A DNA stretch of 64,000 nucleotides from Longimicrobiales bacterium (GCA_035512635.1 DATKDR010000019.1:65903-129902), one strand, 5' to 3'; numbered from the stretch's first letter, positions 8,701 through 17,582 are shown. Notes: generated from the letters alone by a model not told the origin. Translations and numbers: made by a program.

Positions 8701-9858
8701 GCCGCTCTCTCCGGTTCGATCGTCTTCGAGGAGCTGGACGATCCGGTCCTCGATGTCGTCGCCGAGCTCGATCGGTTCGAGGTGATGGGCGCGGAGGACG
8801 ACGATCCCGCCGAAGTCTCCGGCGAGGTGACGATGCGCGGCCTCCTGAGCGCGCCCGTCATCTCGGGTCGGACGCGCATCGACAACGGCACCATCGACGT
8901 GCCGACGGGCGGCACCGCCGATCCCCTGGAGGAAGTGGAGCTCGCCTCGGTCCAGGAGAGCACGTTCGGCGTCCAGGATCTGCCCGGCGCCCGCCCGCCC
9001 GCGTTCGGCAATGTCACGATCCAGGGGCTGATCGTCGACATCGAGGAGGACGTCTGGCTGGCCACCGACCAGGCGCGTGCGCGGCTGAGCGGCGAGCTGA
9101 CGGTCTTCCACGACTCGCGGGGCACGCGCATCTTCGGCAACCTCGAGGGCAACCGTGGCACGTTCACGCTGCGGGCAGGCGGCTTCGTGCGTCGCTTCGA
9201 GATCCGCGAAGCCAGCATCCGCTTCTTCGGCACCGACGACCTGAATCCGGCGATCGACATCACCGCTGCCCGGACCATGGGTGCGCTCGACGATCCGCTC
9301 GAGCTGGTGGTGCGCGTTACCGGCACGCTCGAGCGGCCCAGCGTCGCGCTCGCGACCGGCGACGGCACGCCCGTGCCCGAGTCCGAGCTGCTCAGCGTGC
9401 TCGTGTTCGGACAGCCGAGCTTCACCACCGCGACGCAATCGACCAGCGCCGCCTTCGGCGCGCTGCTCGCCCTCGGCGGCCTCACCGACATCGCCAGCGT
9501 CCGGCTCCAGGAGGCGCTCGCCGAGGACGCCGGCCTGCCCATCGACTACGTCCAGCTCCGCGCCGTCGATCCGGAGGGCACGACGACGACCAACGTGCTC
9601 CAGGACCTGTCGATCGCGATCGGCACCGAGCTGTACTGGGACGACGTCTTCCTGACGGTGGACTTCCCGCCCGCGAGTCCCGACGAGATCGCCGGCGCGA
9701 TCCTGTGGCGCATCGATCGGGAATGGGCGCTGCAACTGGAATGGGAGCCGATCGTGCACCGCCGCGCGTTCAGCGGCGTCGGCTTCGATGAGATCCTCGG
9801 GACCGAAGGCCCGACGCGACAGTTCGTGGTCGAAATCCGCCGCCGCTGGACCTACTGA
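5746..9858 (+). CDS. tamB: TamB-like translocation and assembly module protein (DUF490/AsmA-like)
   Basis: 1370 aa. N-terminal TM anchor (MIAAWAFLGFAVVLLF), a long beta-rich G/V/L/D body, and a C-terminal end ...WALQLEWEP...FVVEIRRRWTY. It is coupled to the upstream Omp85 gene. Confidence 0.7.
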   Translation: MRIERPSAGTPGASGGMIAAWAFLGFAVVLLFTNEEDPEVERSTGPRETVVAVKDLEERVAEKLGDREVPLSAPGRPLRIVASEVRWRNAAGERWLTVERVSASVRAGVLTGGAIVLEAVEVASPVLRLRQAPSGQWNLAGVFRPGDGDGGDDGAGGGAGGGVELREVRVRGGRVSISTPGRAYEATRVSAVVPVARFGGSSAASPFIRLASVDASVSGAIPGPPQSLSLRGATISGRPDGLEFGVGRLALDESVVTDVEGLLSSALPDPGLRARGRAPNIQFADIHRLLPEFPESGVASFEWSVNPLGAGRLAVQLKGMDVRSDDSHLAGTTTIIVGGETIELGEVDVILDPLELAFLEQFTGPLPYAGTVRGSVVGSGERLRFDVATALRAEGVDDPILARLQGSIALRGFEPTIQNVVATVDSLPLRTLRSIVPALPLRGIVSGTVSFAGMPGQGPLRIDATVRLPEGSIELDGTVRLGAVPSYDLTGSLVDVRLRELLEPSFPPVLLDARFTLAGTGTDPASADARLSLSGRFSGWQAGAADLVVVNATLRDGTLAIERAAARLATLDARVEGEWRLAEPSAGALRYTLNVGSLEPFGPYLPGPADQGAGSLAAEGTISGSLDRLAVTSDIRASDFQYGDYAARSFVGRLEYAAGDSLPRILLDAEAEGIVTATLGNYESGTAEIVLDAERFNAELHALRPGGGVVEVVADGRVGGPAGSDLVVRRALIDMNEERWTLTRPAAIELGGGGMRVDTLAMAQVEGPGLLLVSGRLLPLDSADFSYDLRALPVGEIQRLLGRDPVLTGRIWSEGRFEARGTPTFALEFRIADAVAAGVPILRLEGVTSFSGSSLHVVASGALTDTAGTIEADITFPLVVGVADSIDFGMNEAGRVEGRVRVDRFPLAVVAGFTNAVTQAVGSVSGTVRFGGTIEAPSLDGSLALNDVAFSVPSLDQRFESLTGGVEFAGRRAELVDVVARAGGTAALSGSIVFEELDDPVLDVVAELDRFEVMGAEDDDPAEVSGEVTMRGLLSAPVISGRTRIDNGTIDVPTGGTADPLEEVELASVQESTFGVQDLPGARPPAFGNVTIQGLIVDIEEDVWLATDQARARLSGELTVFHDSRGTRIFGNLEGNRGTFTLRAGGFVRRFEIREASIRFFGTDDLNPAIDITAARTMGALDDPLELVVRVTGTLERPSVALATGDGTPVPESELLSVLVFGQPSFTTATQSTSAAFGALLALGGLTDIASVRLQEALAEDAGLPIDYVQLRAVDPEGTTTTNVLQDLSIAIGTELYWDDVFLTVDFPPASPDEIAGAILWRIDREWALQLEWEPIVHRRAFSGVGFDEILGTEGPTRQFVVEIRRRWTY

Positions 9859-10677
9859 CTAGCGAACCAGGACGTCGACCGGTGTGGCCGTGGCGCCAGT
9901 CGCGAACGAAAGACCCGCCGCGATGCCGACCGAGTGCATGTAGCGGGCGTCATCCTCGGCCGCCATCGGATGCTGACGATTGACGACGCTCAGCTCCGCC
10001 GTCTCGAGCAGCACGCGATCGTCGTGCTCCGGGATCGGGCTCCGCATCACGTGATCCGTGATCTCGAACGAGATCGAGACGCGGCCGGCGTTCAGCGGAA
10101 TCTTTATTCCGACGCCCGCCACCCCGATGAGGCTGGCCGACGCCGGATTGCCCTCGAAGGCGGTATTCAGGTTCTGCGCGCCGCGATCGTCCGCGGAAAG
10201 CAGCGCACCGCCCATCCCCAGCAGCGCATAGGGCGCCACCTGCGCCGATCGGATGGGCAGCGCCAGCACCACGGCCCCCGTCAGCGCGAACAGGGAGAGA
10301 TCCGAGTAGTCGAGGCTGCGATAGTCGGCCTCCACCCCGAGCACCTCCTCGCGATCCTCCTCGGTGAGGCGCAACTCGAAGTTCGACGGAGCGTACAGCA
10401 TGTGCAGGCGGGCGCCGAGCCACGGCCCGAACCACACGGTTAGATCGGCGCCGAGCGATGCCGCGGTCGATGCCGCCAGTGAGCCGGCATACGTTCCCTG
10501 CTCGGATCCTGGCGCGTCCACGGTAATGTTCTGCATCCGCGTGAACGCCGTGCCACCGGCATGGACGGTGACCATCAGGGCGACCCGCCGGCCGCTGTCG
10601 TCCTGCGCGGCCAGTGCGGCCGGCAGCGTGACCAGCGTCGCGGCGAGCGCCGCCGCACGGGCCGCGCGTGCGCGCAT
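9859..10677 (-). CDS. Putative outer-membrane beta-barrel protein
   Basis: Track ORF 9859..11466 trimmed to the ATG at 10675-10677. Signal peptide MRARAARAAALAATLVTLPAALAAQ. The rest has an alternating beta-strand pattern rich in Gly and Ala. It starts 8 nt after the lgt stop. Confidence 0.5.
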   Translation of the reverse strand: MRARAARAAALAATLVTLPAALAAQDDSGRRVALMVTVHAGGTAFTRMQNITVDAPGSEQGTYAGSLAASTAASLGADLTVWFGPWLGARLHMLYAPSNFELRLTEEDREEVLGVEADYRSLDYSDLSLFALTGAVVLALPIRSAQVAPYALLGMGGALLSADDRGAQNLNTAFEGNPASASLIGVAGVGIKIPLNAGRVSISFEITDHVMRSPIPEHDDRVLLETAELSVVNRQHPMAAEDDARYMHSVGIAAGLSFATGATATPVDVLVR

Positions 10678-10685
10678 CCGGCGCC

Positions 10686-11549
10686 TCAGCCGGCGCCGAC
10701 GCGCGCAGCGCCCGACCCGGGACGCGCGGTGCGGGTTTCGGGCGGCGTGGCGCCTCCACGGGCTCGCGTCCAGATGAACGCGGCCAGAGCGAGCAGCAGG
10801 ATGCTGGCGAGCTGCGAGGTGGAGAGGCCGAGCATCAGGCGATCGCTCTTCGCGCGCACGAACTCGACCAGGAACCGCTCGACGCCGTAGAAGGCGAGGT
10901 AGAGCGCGAACAGCCGGCCGGACCGCAAGCCGCGCTTCGAGAGCTGCAGCAGGACGCCGAAGAGCACCAGCGCGGCCGCGACCTCGTAGAGCTGCGTCGG
11001 GTGCACGGCGAGGATCGCCGAATCGGGAACGCTCGCCGGAATGTCGGCGCCGACAGTGCGTAGATAGCCGGCGGTGCTCGGCGGTGCGCCATTGGGGAAC
11101 GCGATGCCGACCCAGCTGTCCGTCGGCAGGCCATAGTCGTCGCCGACCAGGAAACAACCCATGCGACCGATCGCATAGGCCAGGAAGAGCGAGGGCGCCG
11201 TCGCGTCGAACATGGGTGCGAGCGGCAGCCCGCGCCGTTTCACCTGCCAGTAGTAGGCGAGCACGCCGCCGATCAGACCGCCGTACCAGACGAGGCCGGC
11301 GCGATTCGTCAGCTCGGCGAGCGGGTCGGCGCGAAGCTCCTCGAAGTGCAACAGATTGTAGTACAGCTTGGCGCCCACGATGCCGCCGACGGCGACCCAC
11401 AGCAGGAAATCCCACGCGAGCTCGGGATCGAATCCCCGCATCTGGAGCTGACGCGACAGCACCCACGCGCCGGCCAGGAACGAGAGGAACATCATCACGC
11501 CGAAGCTCGTGATGGTGACGCCGCCTATCTCGAAGAGGACCGGGTACAT
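10686..11549 (-). CDS. lgt: Prolipoprotein diacylglyceryl transferase
   Basis: 287 aa: GVTITSFGVMMFLSFLAG...GGIVGAKLYY...WYGGLIGGVLA...IGRMGCFLVGDDYG...HPTQLYE...ERFLVEFVR. Confidence 0.9.
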   Translation of the reverse strand: MYPVLFEIGGVTITSFGVMMFLSFLAGAWVLSRQLQMRGFDPELAWDFLLWVAVGGIVGAKLYYNLLHFEELRADPLAELTNRAGLVWYGGLIGGVLAYYWQVKRRGLPLAPMFDATAPSLFLAYAIGRMGCFLVGDDYGLPTDSWVGIAFPNGAPPSTAGYLRTVGADIPASVPDSAILAVHPTQLYEVAAALVLFGVLLQLSKRGLRSGRLFALYLAFYGVERFLVEFVRAKSDRLMLGLSTSQLASILLLALAAFIWTRARGGATPPETRTARPGSGAARVGAG

Positions 11550-11559
11550 GCTCTGATCT

Positions 11560-12075
11560 TCAGGGTTCCAGGGACGACGCGACCGGCTGCGCCGGCTGCG
11601 GCGCCTCCCCGGGCGGGGGTCGCGTCCATCTTCGGACGACGATCACGATCACGCCGAGGCCGGCCAGCAGGGCCAGCCACGGGAGGATATACACGACAAG
11701 GTTGAAGCCGTTCGCTTTCGGCTCGAGCAGGATCCACTCGCCGTACTTGTCCTCGAAGAACGCACGCACTTCGTCGGGCGTCCGTCCGGCGGCGAGCTGC
11801 TCGCGAACCACCCCGCGCATCTGTCGCGCGAGCTCGGTCGGTGAATCCTCGACGCTCACGCCCTGGCACACCGGACAGCGCAGACCGGACGCGACCTCGC
11901 TCGTGCGTCGCTCGAGGGCCGCGTCGGCCGCTCCCCGAGTCGCTTCTCCGTCCCCGGGTCGCTGCTGCTCCGCGCTCTGCGGCGCCGCGGCGCCGTCGGC
12001 TGCGCCCCCGATGCCCTGGATGATCAGGCCGAGGAGCAGTGTCGCTACGATTCGCGGCGCCCGCGTCGTCTTCAT
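11560..12075 (-). CDS. ccmH: Cytochrome c-type biogenesis protein CcmH
   Basis: Track ORF trimmed to the ATG at 12073-12075 (MKTTRAP...). Signal sequence, the LRCPVCQG heme-handling motif, and a C-terminal TM segment. Confidence 0.85.
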   Translation of the reverse strand: MKTTRAPRIVATLLLGLIIQGIGGAADGAAAPQSAEQQRPGDGEATRGAADAALERRTSEVASGLRCPVCQGVSVEDSPTELARQMRGVVREQLAAGRTPDEVRAFFEDKYGEWILLEPKANGFNLVVYILPWLALLAGLGVIVIVVRRWTRPPPGEAPQPAQPVASSLEP

Positions 12076-12671
12076 ATCGTCTCCGTCACCGGATGTTCCC
12101 CGCCGGCCGGCAGCTCGATCTCGCGCCGCTCCAGCAGCAGCGCGTCGATCTGCGCACGCAGCTCCTGCTCCGTCGCCGGTCCGATGATCTTGTGCCGGAC
12201 GGTGCCGTCGGGTCCGATGACGAACGTCTCGGGGACTCCATAGAGACCATAATCGATCGCGGTGCGCGAGTGGGGGTCCAGCAGCGCGGGGTATGCCTGG
12301 CCACCCATCGCCTCGATCCACTGCCGCGCATTGCGCGGCGAATCGTCGTAGACGATCCCGAAGAACTGGACCCCTTCATCCGCGTAGGCGCGCGCGACGC
12401 GCGACAGCGGCGCATGCTCGTCGCGACACGCGAGGCACCACGACGCCCAGAAGTTGAGCACGACGACGTTGCCGCGCAGCGCGGCCAGGTCCACCGTTTC
12501 CGGCGTGCCACCCTCTGCGAGTGGCAGAGTGAGCAGCTCGAATTGCGGCGCCTCGCGGCCGGGCAGCGGCGACGGGATCACGTTCGGATTGCGCGTCAGG
12601 CCGAACGCGAGCAGCGCGAGAAGCGGCAGCACGATGGCGGCGGCGGAGAGGGCGCGCTTCCAGCTCATCAT
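12072..12671 (-). CDS. ccmG: Thiol:disulfide interchange protein CcmG/DsbE
   Basis: Track ORF 12072..14426 trimmed to MMSWKRA at 12671. TM anchor, a thioredoxin fold with the WASWCLAC motif, and YGVPETFVIGPDG. ATGA overlaps on both sides. Confidence 0.85.
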   Translation of the reverse strand: MMSWKRALSAAAIVLPLLALLAFGLTRNPNVIPSPLPGREAPQFELLTLPLAEGGTPETVDLAALRGNVVVLNFWASWCLACRDEHAPLSRVARAYADEGVQFFGIVYDDSPRNARQWIEAMGGQAYPALLDPHSRTAIDYGLYGVPETFVIGPDGTVRHKIIGPATEQELRAQIDALLLERREIELPAGGEHPVTETI

Positions 12672-14689
12672 CGTGCGGCTCCGGCGGTCTCGAGCGCGTC
12701 CGCCTCGGGATCCAGGGGCTCCGCGGCCGCGCCGACGACAACGCGCTTGCGCTCGAACGGCACTGCGGACAGGAGCGCGCCCAGGAACACGATGACGCCC
12801 CCCACCCAGATCCAGCCGACGAGCGGCTCGACGACGGCCGCGACCGTCGCCGACGATCCGTCGCGCTCGAACGCGATCAGCGTGAGGTACAGATCCTCGT
12901 GGGGACGGCTGCGCACCGCGGGCGTCGTGATGGGCTGGTCCGATCCGCCGTAGAAGTTGAGGCGCGGATCGAGACCGCCGATCGCTTCGCCGCCTCTCAG
13001 CACGTCGACATGCGCGGCGACGACGAAGCGCTGCGGCTCCTCCCAGGCGCTGATGTTTCGCAGACGCACCTCGTACCCCTCGATCGACATCGACTCGCCG
13101 GCGCGCAGCGTGGCCTGCCGCTCGACGCGGCCGGCGGACGAGGCGGCGACGCCGATGGCGAGCAGCAGCACCCCAATGTGCGCGGTGAAGCCGCCGTATC
13201 GTCGACTGTTGGAGCGCACGAGTCGCACGAGCGCGAGTGGCGCGGCCTCGCCCTGCGCCCGCATCCGCGCGCGGGTGCCGAAGACGAACTCGCCCAGATT
13301 CACGCTCAAGGCGAAGCCGCCGAACGTGAAGGCGAGCAGCGCGTAGGGATCCCGTGAGCCGAGCGCGAGCGAAAGGCCCAGCACGGCCAGCGCGACGACC
13401 AGCGGCAGCAGAAAACGCTCGCGCAGGTGTCCGGGCGGCGTACGTCGCCAGGGCAGCGCGGGGCCGACGCCGACCAGAAAGAGCAGCCCCATGATGAGCG
13501 GGAGCGTCATGCGATTGAAGAACGGCGCGCCCACGCTCACCTTGACGCCGCGGAACGCCTCCGCGACCAGTGGAAAAAGCGTCCCGAGCAGCACCGTGAA
13601 CGTGAATGCGGTCAGCAGCAGATTGTTCACCAGGAAGGCGGTCTCGCGGGAGACCGGCGAGTCGAGCCTCCCTTCCCCGCCGAGCAGGCTCGAGCGGCCG
13701 GCCAGCAGCGCCACGGAGAACACCGTAACCAGCACGATGAAGACGAGGAAATACATGCCGATGGGTCCTTCCGAGAACGCGTGCACCGATGAGACGATGC
13801 CGCTGCGCGTCAGGAAGGTGCCGAGGATGGTGAGCAGGAACGTGGCAATGATGAGCGACAGGTTCCATACCTTCAGCATGCCGCGCCGCTCCTCCACCAT
13901 GACCGAGTGAAGGAAGGCGGTGGCCGTGAGCCAGGGCATGAACGACGCGTTCTCCACCGGGTCCCACGCCCAGTAGCCGCCCCAGCCAAGCACCTCGTAG
14001 GACCACCACATGCCGAGCATGATGGCGAGCGACAGGAACGCCCAGGCGACCACCGTCCAGCGTCGCGTCGCCCTGATCCACTCGGCATCGAGCCGTCCCG
14101 ACAGCAGCGCACCGATCGCGAACGCGAACGGCACCGTCATCCCGACGTAACCCAGGTACAGGAACGGCGGGTGGATCGCCATCAGGATGTGGTTCTGGAG
14201 CAGCGGATTCGGACCGGGGCCGTCCAGCGGCGCAGGCGAAACCAGCGCGAACGGATTCGCGGGACCGACCAGCAGGATGAAGAAGAAGGCGGCGACCGCG
14301 AGCATCGTCGCCGTGGCATAGGGAACCAGCGTGCCCAGTCGGCCGCGATGCAGCCACACCGCCGCGGCGGTGTACGCCGACAGCACCCAGCCCCAGAACA
14401 GGATCGAGCCTTCGAGCGCGCTCCACAGCGAGATGATCGTGAAGAACAGCGGCGTCGAGCGGCTGCCGACCTGCGCGACGTAGGACACGCTGAAGTCGTG
14501 CGTGACCAGCGCGTACACCATCGCCAGGTTGGCGAGCGTCATGAGCCAGAAATTGGCGAAGACCGCGCGCTCCGCGGCGCGCACGAGCGTCGTTCTCCGC
14601 AGCCGCGCGCCGGCCACGGCTGCCAGCGTGCCCAGCACTGCGGAAATCAGGGCGGCGACGATCGCCGCGCCGGCCAGCGTCCGGATCAA
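12668..14689 (-). CDS. ccmF: Cytochrome c heme lyase subunit CcmF
   Basis: 673 aa, polytopic: THDFSVSYV, LWSALEGSILFWGW, WWSYEVLGWGGYWAWDPVEN (WWD-type motif). Confidence 0.9.
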   Translation of the reverse strand: MIRTLAGAAIVAALISAVLGTLAAVAGARLRRTTLVRAAERAVFANFWLMTLANLAMVYALVTHDFSVSYVAQVGSRSTPLFFTIISLWSALEGSILFWGWVLSAYTAAAVWLHRGRLGTLVPYATATMLAVAAFFFILLVGPANPFALVSPAPLDGPGPNPLLQNHILMAIHPPFLYLGYVGMTVPFAFAIGALLSGRLDAEWIRATRRWTVVAWAFLSLAIMLGMWWSYEVLGWGGYWAWDPVENASFMPWLTATAFLHSVMVEERRGMLKVWNLSLIIATFLLTILGTFLTRSGIVSSVHAFSEGPIGMYFLVFIVLVTVFSVALLAGRSSLLGGEGRLDSPVSRETAFLVNNLLLTAFTFTVLLGTLFPLVAEAFRGVKVSVGAPFFNRMTLPLIMGLLFLVGVGPALPWRRTPPGHLRERFLLPLVVALAVLGLSLALGSRDPYALLAFTFGGFALSVNLGEFVFGTRARMRAQGEAAPLALVRLVRSNSRRYGGFTAHIGVLLLAIGVAASSAGRVERQATLRAGESMSIEGYEVRLRNISAWEEPQRFVVAAHVDVLRGGEAIGGLDPRLNFYGGSDQPITTPAVRSRPHEDLYLTLIAFERDGSSATVAAVVEPLVGWIWVGGVIVFLGALLSAVPFERKRVVVGAAAEPLDPEADALETAGAAR

Positions 14690-15183
14690 GGAGCGCCCTC
14701 CCGGATGAGCGAGCGGTAGACGTCTTCGGGGGCGTGACCTTCCGGCGGCGCGCGGTACTCGTTCGAGTGCTTGACCATCAGGTTGTCCGACTCGAAGACG
14801 CCCGCGCGCGTCAGGCGTCCCTCCACGATGACGCCGATGCCGTCGCGGAACATCTGCGGCGGCGCGACCGCCGAGTGCACTTCGACGTCACCCGTGCCGT
14901 CGGTCATGCGGAAGCGCAGGTCGAGCGCATCGGCGTGCCAGCTCACACTTCCCGGCGCAACCTGGCCGCCCAGCCGCACTGGCGCGTCGTATGCCGCGCT
15001 TCCCTTCGCCAGCAGCTCGGTGGGCGTCACGAAGTAGACGATGTTCTCGTCCAGACCGCCGATCAGCACGAAGCCGAAGCCGATCAATGCCGCGGCCGCG
15101 ACCGCAACCAGCAGGAGCGGCCTGCGGGACGGCCGCGTCCTTTGCTCGAGCGCGCTGTCGGTGGCGTCGTCGGGGTCGATCAT
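14686..15183 (-). CDS. ccmE: Heme chaperone CcmE
   Basis: Track ORF trimmed to the ATG at 15181-15183 (MIDPDD...). TM anchor, VRLGGQV...GIGVIVEG and the conserved LMVKHSNEY heme-binding His region. Confidence 0.85.
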   Translation of the reverse strand: MIDPDDATDSALEQRTRPSRRPLLLVAVAAAALIGFGFVLIGGLDENIVYFVTPTELLAKGSAAYDAPVRLGGQVAPGSVSWHADALDLRFRMTDGTGDVEVHSAVAPPQMFRDGIGVIVEGRLTRAGVFESDNLMVKHSNEYRAPPEGHAPEDVYRSLIREGAP

Positions 15184-15332
15184 GCTTCCCTTTTCGGCGG
15201 GCTGGATGGCTGCGCCATGGCGAGTTCCTCCGCCGCGCGTCGCAGGCGGTACCGCAACCTCAGGGCATACCCCAGAATTACGACCCAGGTCAGCGCGTAG
15301 GCGCCGACGACGTAGCTCCACTCAGACGCCAT
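15180..15332 (-). CDS. ccmD: Heme exporter protein CcmD (50 aa, below the track size cutoff)
   Basis: Own translation: MASEWSYVVGAYALTWVVILGYALRLRYRLRRAAEELAMAQPSSPPKREA. One TM segment plus a basic tail. It sits exactly between ccmC and ccmE; its start overlaps the ccmC end by 11 nt and its stop overlaps the ccmE ATG (ATGA). Confidence 0.75.
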   Translation of the reverse strand: MASEWSYVVGAYALTWVVILGYALRLRYRLRRAAEELAMAQPSSPPKREA

Positions 15333-16059
15333 GGCTTCCTCGCAGCTCGCGCTCCTCGATGGTCGCTTCCAGCAGGTGTTCCATCGACGCCACGCGGTAG
15401 CGCTCGCGCACGAAGTAGATCATGAGCAGCAGAAAGGCGACGGCGTTGACGCGCAGCCCCCACGCGAACGTCGTATCGACGGTGCTCGGCGCCGACTGCA
15501 CCTGATGGATCGTGCGCCACCAGCGCACCGACAGGTACACGACGGGCACGTTCAGGAACCCCAGGATGCCCACGACCGCGCTCCAGCGCGCGCGCCGCTC
15601 GAAGTCATCGGTGAAGGCGCGGAGCGCGAGGTAGCCGACGAAGACCACGAGCAGCACCGCCGTGCTGGTCAGGCGCGGGTCCCAGGTCCACCAGACGCCC
15701 CAGGTGGGGCGCCCCCAGATCGAGCCGAGCGCCAGCGTGAGCGCCGTCAGCAGCGCGCCCACCTCGGCGGCCGAGGCGGCGATCAGGTCGTGCCTCGCGC
15801 GACCCGTCCACAGGTACGCGATGCTCGCGACGAATACGACCAGGAAGGCAACGAAAGCCGACCACGCCGACGGCACGTGCACGTACATGATCTTCTGGAG
15901 GTGCCCCATGTCGCGGTCGGGCGGCGACTCGAGCAGGCCGTAGACCTGGGCAGCGATCAGCGCGAGCAGCACCACGACGCCCCAGAGCGCGAGCCGCCCG
16001 GACTGCGCCTGCGGCGCGCCTCGCGTGGCGACCGGTCGCGTATCGGTAGCTTCAGTCAT
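15322..16059 (-). CDS. ccmC: Heme exporter protein CcmC
   Basis: 245 aa: IMYVHVPSAW, and the WWD motif WGRPTWGVWWTWDPRLTS. Confidence 0.9.
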   Translation of the reverse strand: MTEATDTRPVATRGAPQAQSGRLALWGVVVLLALIAAQVYGLLESPPDRDMGHLQKIMYVHVPSAWSAFVAFLVVFVASIAYLWTGRARHDLIAASAAEVGALLTALTLALGSIWGRPTWGVWWTWDPRLTSTAVLLVVFVGYLALRAFTDDFERRARWSAVVGILGFLNVPVVYLSVRWWRTIHQVQSAPSTVDTTFAWGLRVNAVAFLLLMIYFVRERYRVASMEHLLEATIEERELRGSHGV

Positions 16060-16738
16060 CGATCACGAAATCGTAGGCGCCCATCGTCGCCAGCAGGAAG
16101 ACAACGTCGTAGGCGGCCATCAGCGTGAGCCAGCGTCCGGTCGGAGCGAAGGGAGACTGTCCCATGAACGCTGCCGTCACCTCGACGGCCGCGACCAGCA
16201 GCGGGACCAGCATCGGAAACAGCAGGAGCGGCAGCAGCACCTCGCGCGCTCGCAGGCGGCTGGCCATCGCGGCGTAGAACGTCCCCATCGTCACGAAGCC
16301 GATGGTTCCCAGAACGAGCGCCAACGCGACGCCACCCAGCCCGTCACCGAACGAGAGGCCGTAGAGCACCGCCGCCATCGGCACCAGGATCGCCTCCACC
16401 ATCAGGATGAACACCAGGTTCGCGAGCAGCTTGCCCGCAAAGATGCTCTTCCGGCTGCCGGGATAGAGCAGCAGCGTCTCGAGCGCGCCCTCCTCCAGCT
16501 CCGTCTGGTAGCTGCGGTTGAAGGCGAGCGATCCGCTGAAGAGCACGGTCAGCCAGAGTACGCCCGCGGCGGCTGCTCGCAGGGCCGCGGCGTCGGGGCC
16601 GAGCGCGAAGCCGAACAGCAGCAGCATCGTCGCAGCGAGAAAGACGACCGCGTTGAAGTTGGCCTTGGCCCGCCGCTCGATCGCCAGGTCCTTGCCCGCG
16701 ATCGTGAGCACCCGCCGCAGATCCGGTGCGAGCGTCAT
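16052..16738 (-). CDS. ccmB: Heme exporter permease CcmB
   Basis: 228 aa, polytopic: KDLAIERRAKANFNAVVFLA...LLYPGSR. It sits in the position expected for ccmB between ccmA and ccmC. Confidence 0.85.
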   Translation of the reverse strand: MTLAPDLRRVLTIAGKDLAIERRAKANFNAVVFLAATMLLLFGFALGPDAAALRAAAAGVLWLTVLFSGSLAFNRSYQTELEEGALETLLLYPGSRKSIFAGKLLANLVFILMVEAILVPMAAVLYGLSFGDGLGGVALALVLGTIGFVTMGTFYAAMASRLRAREVLLPLLLFPMLVPLLVAAVEVTAAFMGQSPFAPTGRWLTLMAAYDVVFLLATMGAYDFVIDD

Positions 16739-17445
16739 GCGTAGACGCCCGGCACGGCGGAGCGCGACGACACCGCGCCAAGCTCGTCGTCGTACAGCAG
16801 TCCGTCCTCCAGGCGCAGCGCGCGCGTCGCCACCTCGGCGGAGCGCTCCCGATCGTGCGTTGCCACGACGACACAGCCACCGGCCTCCCGCATCGCTCTC
16901 ACCACTTCGTTGACGAGCTGGATGCCGGACTCGTCGAACGAGGCGTACGGCTCGTCCAGCAGCAGGAGCCGGGGCTCAGCGAGCAGGACGCGCGCGAGCG
17001 CCAGCCGCCGCTTCATTCCTGCCGAGTAGCCGCGCGTGCGCTCGTCACCGGCCGCCGCGAGATCGACACGCTCGAGGGCGCCCGCGATGCGTCCGTCCCG
17101 CGTGGCGCTGCCGTCGATTGGACGACGCATCCGCTCCGAGAAGCGCAGATTCTCGACGCCCGTCAGGTCGCCGTATAGCCCCGGATCGTGTCCGAGCCAG
17201 GCGACGAGGGGTCGGATGCGGTCCGCCGAGCGCCCGAGGGCGTGCCCTAGGACGGTACCCGCTCCGCGGGTGGGCGCCAGGGAGGTCGAGAGCACACGGA
17301 GCAGCGTCGTCTTCCCGCTGCCGTTCCGACCGAGCAGCATGAGACTCTCGCCGGCCGACGCCCGCATCGTGATGCCGCGCAGAGCCCAGCGCCGGCCGAA
17401 GCGGCGCGCGACTCCCGTCAGGTTGATGGCATCCGCTGTGTCCAC
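16735..17445 (-). CDS. ccmA: Heme exporter ATP-binding protein CcmA
   Basis: GTG start at 17443-17445. Walker A GRNGSGKTTLL, signature YSAGMKRRLALA, Walker B LLLLDEP. Confidence 0.85.
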   Translation of the reverse strand: MDTADAINLTGVARRFGRRWALRGITMRASAGESLMLLGRNGSGKTTLLRVLSTSLAPTRGAGTVLGHALGRSADRIRPLVAWLGHDPGLYGDLTGVENLRFSERMRRPIDGSATRDGRIAGALERVDLAAAGDERTRGYSAGMKRRLALARVLLAEPRLLLLDEPYASFDESGIQLVNEVVRAMREAGGCVVVATHDRERSAEVATRALRLEDGLLYDDELGAVSSRSAVPGVYA

Positions 17446-17582
17446 TGCACTCCCCGCGTCGGGCGGTCTTTCGGAGCCCGGAAAGTAACCGCGGGAGGCC
17501 GAATCCTCAACGTGGAGCTTGAGTTACACCGTGTCGCGCGTTTGCTTGTTCGCCTGCAGCCGCTGGGGCCCAGCCTCCAGCA

